NCBI GenBank assembly: GCA_963845065.1
Contig: CAWJQQ010000008.1
Location: forward strand, 448,001 to 512,000
Source: Nitrospirota bacterium
GTDB lineage: Bacteria; Nitrospirota; UBA9217
Direction: 5' to 3'
DNA length: 64,000 nt
In this document: piece by piece, positions 62,350-64,000 of the stretch
Layout: every line of letters begins with the position of its first letter
Numbering within the stretch: position 1 is the first letter of the stretch
Translations under genes and position numbers: made by a program
Notes under the pieces: generated by a model
Told to the model about the DNA's origin: nothing
Seen by the model: the letters and a program-made list of their open reading frames with translations, nothing else
Database searches by the model: none

Positions 62350-62673
62350 GAGCAAGCAACCAAAATAAGTGGTTATTTAACTATAAAAAATATATTTTTA
62401 GTACATGTTTTAAAGGTTGTGAATTCAGGTGTTGATAAATTATATAAGATACTGAAATATTGATTTAATTATTTTATTGTTGACAAATAATACACTATTG
62501 TTGTATATTTTGTCTACGGTCCTTGGAAATATTCTCCATGCAGACAGAAATGGTTTGTTATGGCATCATATGTTTTTCGGGATTGCTACGCATGAACGTC
62601 TTTACGTTCCCTCACCTATGTCGCAAGATATTACATTAGTATACTGAGAAAAAGTTAATATTGCCGTATTCCC

Positions 62674-63834
62674 ATGACGATTGATAAATCAATATTTGGT
62701 CTGCGCTTCGGCGGTAACGTCGAACTCTGTCCAACTCAGGAAGAACTCGGAGTTTTTCTTGAGAGTCCGAAACAAATAGGCCGGCGCGAATTGAATAGTG
62801 ATGACTTGACGACATATAACAAGATGCTCAAAGATGTTTTCGCATTCGAGCATTTTCTGCGACAGAATGCAGGACCCCAGGATTGTCGGGAAATAATATT
62901 CTATGGTGTACTCAGTCATTCTGGTTTTTTTAATACTGCGCTCAAATCGGAAGTGACATATTTCAAATATTTTGTGCACTCGCTCTTAACTCTCGATTTC
63001 AAGAAGCCGGCGGCGTTCATTAAGTCCGCGAAAGAAGAGATGAGCCGGTGCAACCCGAATAAAAAAGAGAGTGCTGCCAGACTTGCCAGGCTATGCAGTA
63101 TGGTCAACGAACGGGAAATGGCGCTCGAAGCGCTCAAGAAACGCCGAACAACCTTGGCTGATGAATTAAGGCACATTGCACGATATATCAGGGACAATCT
63201 GGTCAAAATCGAAAAACTTTGTGTAACTTCGATAATTGTTCTCGTGGATCCCAACATCGCAATGCGAGAGGAAAAGCGGATTATCGAGGATATTAAAGCG
63301 TTCATTAAAGAGGATCTCAGGTATAATCTGCACCAGGGTGCGATCACACAGCAGCACCTTGAGGCCGCGAAAAAAGATGTGGACACAATCACAAGGGAAG
63401 TCTGGGCCCTTATCAGGGAAGATATCTATGCTCTAACGCGTTTATACGAAGCTATTTACGATCATGCTAAGAATATCGTGCACGAGATCGATGCTCTGTT
63501 GGCGGAGCTCGATGGTATAAAAAGCCAAAACTTAGAGGAGTCTGGAAAGCTTTTTGCGCAGCTTGCACAGGTTCTCGTATCACTCGTTTCAGATTTGCAC
63601 TTCAAACTGGAGACCGCGGCAACTCACACCGAGACGGCTCATAAAAATATCCTCCTAGAAAAAAGGAAAGAGATGCTTGGCATAATCTTCGAATTGTTGC
63701 TGAAAGAACGCAGGTCACAAGGTGATAGAAGAACATGTGCAAACAGAAGAAAATTCAAGGATTCAAGCTATAAAGGCCTTGAGCACAGAATAGGAAAAGA
63801 AAGAAGAGCCACAAAAATTCGTAGAATTGCATGA
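62674..63834 (+). CDS. Hypothetical helical/coiled-coil protein with a C-terminal ERR/DRR repeat tail
   Basis: 386-aa ORF; tail ERRSQGDRR...NRR...ERR...RR. Confidence 0.65.
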   Translation: MTIDKSIFGLRFGGNVELCPTQEELGVFLESPKQIGRRELNSDDLTTYNKMLKDVFAFEHFLRQNAGPQDCREIIFYGVLSHSGFFNTALKSEVTYFKYFVHSLLTLDFKKPAAFIKSAKEEMSRCNPNKKESAARLARLCSMVNEREMALEALKKRRTTLADELRHIARYIRDNLVKIEKLCVTSIIVLVDPNIAMREEKRIIEDIKAFIKEDLRYNLHQGAITQQHLEAAKKDVDTITREVWALIREDIYALTRLYEAIYDHAKNIVHEIDALLAELDGIKSQNLEESGKLFAQLAQVLVSLVSDLHFKLETAATHTETAHKNILLEKRKEMLGIIFELLLKERRSQGDRRTCANRRKFKDSSYKGLEHRIGKERRATKIRRIA

Positions 63835-63835
63835 C

Positions 63836-64000
63836 CAAAAGCCCTTCAACTCCGCAAGCCCCTGGCTTTAGACATGGGGATAGGAGTTGTATTATACAAC
63901 TATTTGCTGTATAATATGCTGTATGATTGATATAAAGACGTATAAGTCCAATAATAATGTAGTTTACAGCTGTAAATATCATGTTGTGTGGTGTCCTAAG
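63836..64000 (+). mobile_element. IS200/IS605 element carrying tnpA (left end; runs off window)
   Basis: TGAC target at 63832-63835; guide CAAG precedes hairpin CCCCTGGCTTTAGACATGGGG. Confidence 0.85.
63923..64000 (+). CDS. tnpA: IS200/IS605 TnpA Y1 HUH transposase, N-terminus
   Basis: Manual translation MIDIKTYKSNNNVVYSCKYHVVWCPK. Confidence 0.88.
   Translation, partial: MIDIKTYKSNNNVVYSCKYHVVWCPK

Overview
A bacterial chromosomal window rich in signalling genes and mobile-element debris. The gene repertoire suggests a Nitrospirota/Deltaproteobacteria-like anaerobe (inference only). About 1-13 kb holds housekeeping-type genes: TauE/SafE, an RpoD-like sigma factor, a cysC-like kinase plus phosphotransferase, a ThiI/MnmA-like enzyme, yceI, nfi and sixA. 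About 13-50 kb holds five hybrid PAS histidine kinases, PilZ proteins, small enzymes and several pseudogenes (patatin, cheY, tnpB). About 50-61 kb is a repeated block of tRNA-fMet copies (two degenerate, one intact) alternating with modular surface lipoproteins (InlB-B repeats, beta-propeller, DUF1566). The main mobile system is an IS608-like IS200/IS605 family. It has two full tnpB-only copies, two internally deleted copies that keep the right-end (omegaRNA-like) region, and at the window edge a tnpA-carrying element that shares the same hairpin but uses a different target (TGAC instead of TTAC). One deleted copy has a three-layer nesting: an IS1380 inside a 277-bp MITE inside the IS right end. 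Six consensus sigma-28 promoters, a 189-bp duplicated sigma-28 module and a GGA-rich candidate sRNA are also visible. No CRISPR array, rRNA or reverse transcriptase was found. All calls come from reading the sequence; no database searches were run.
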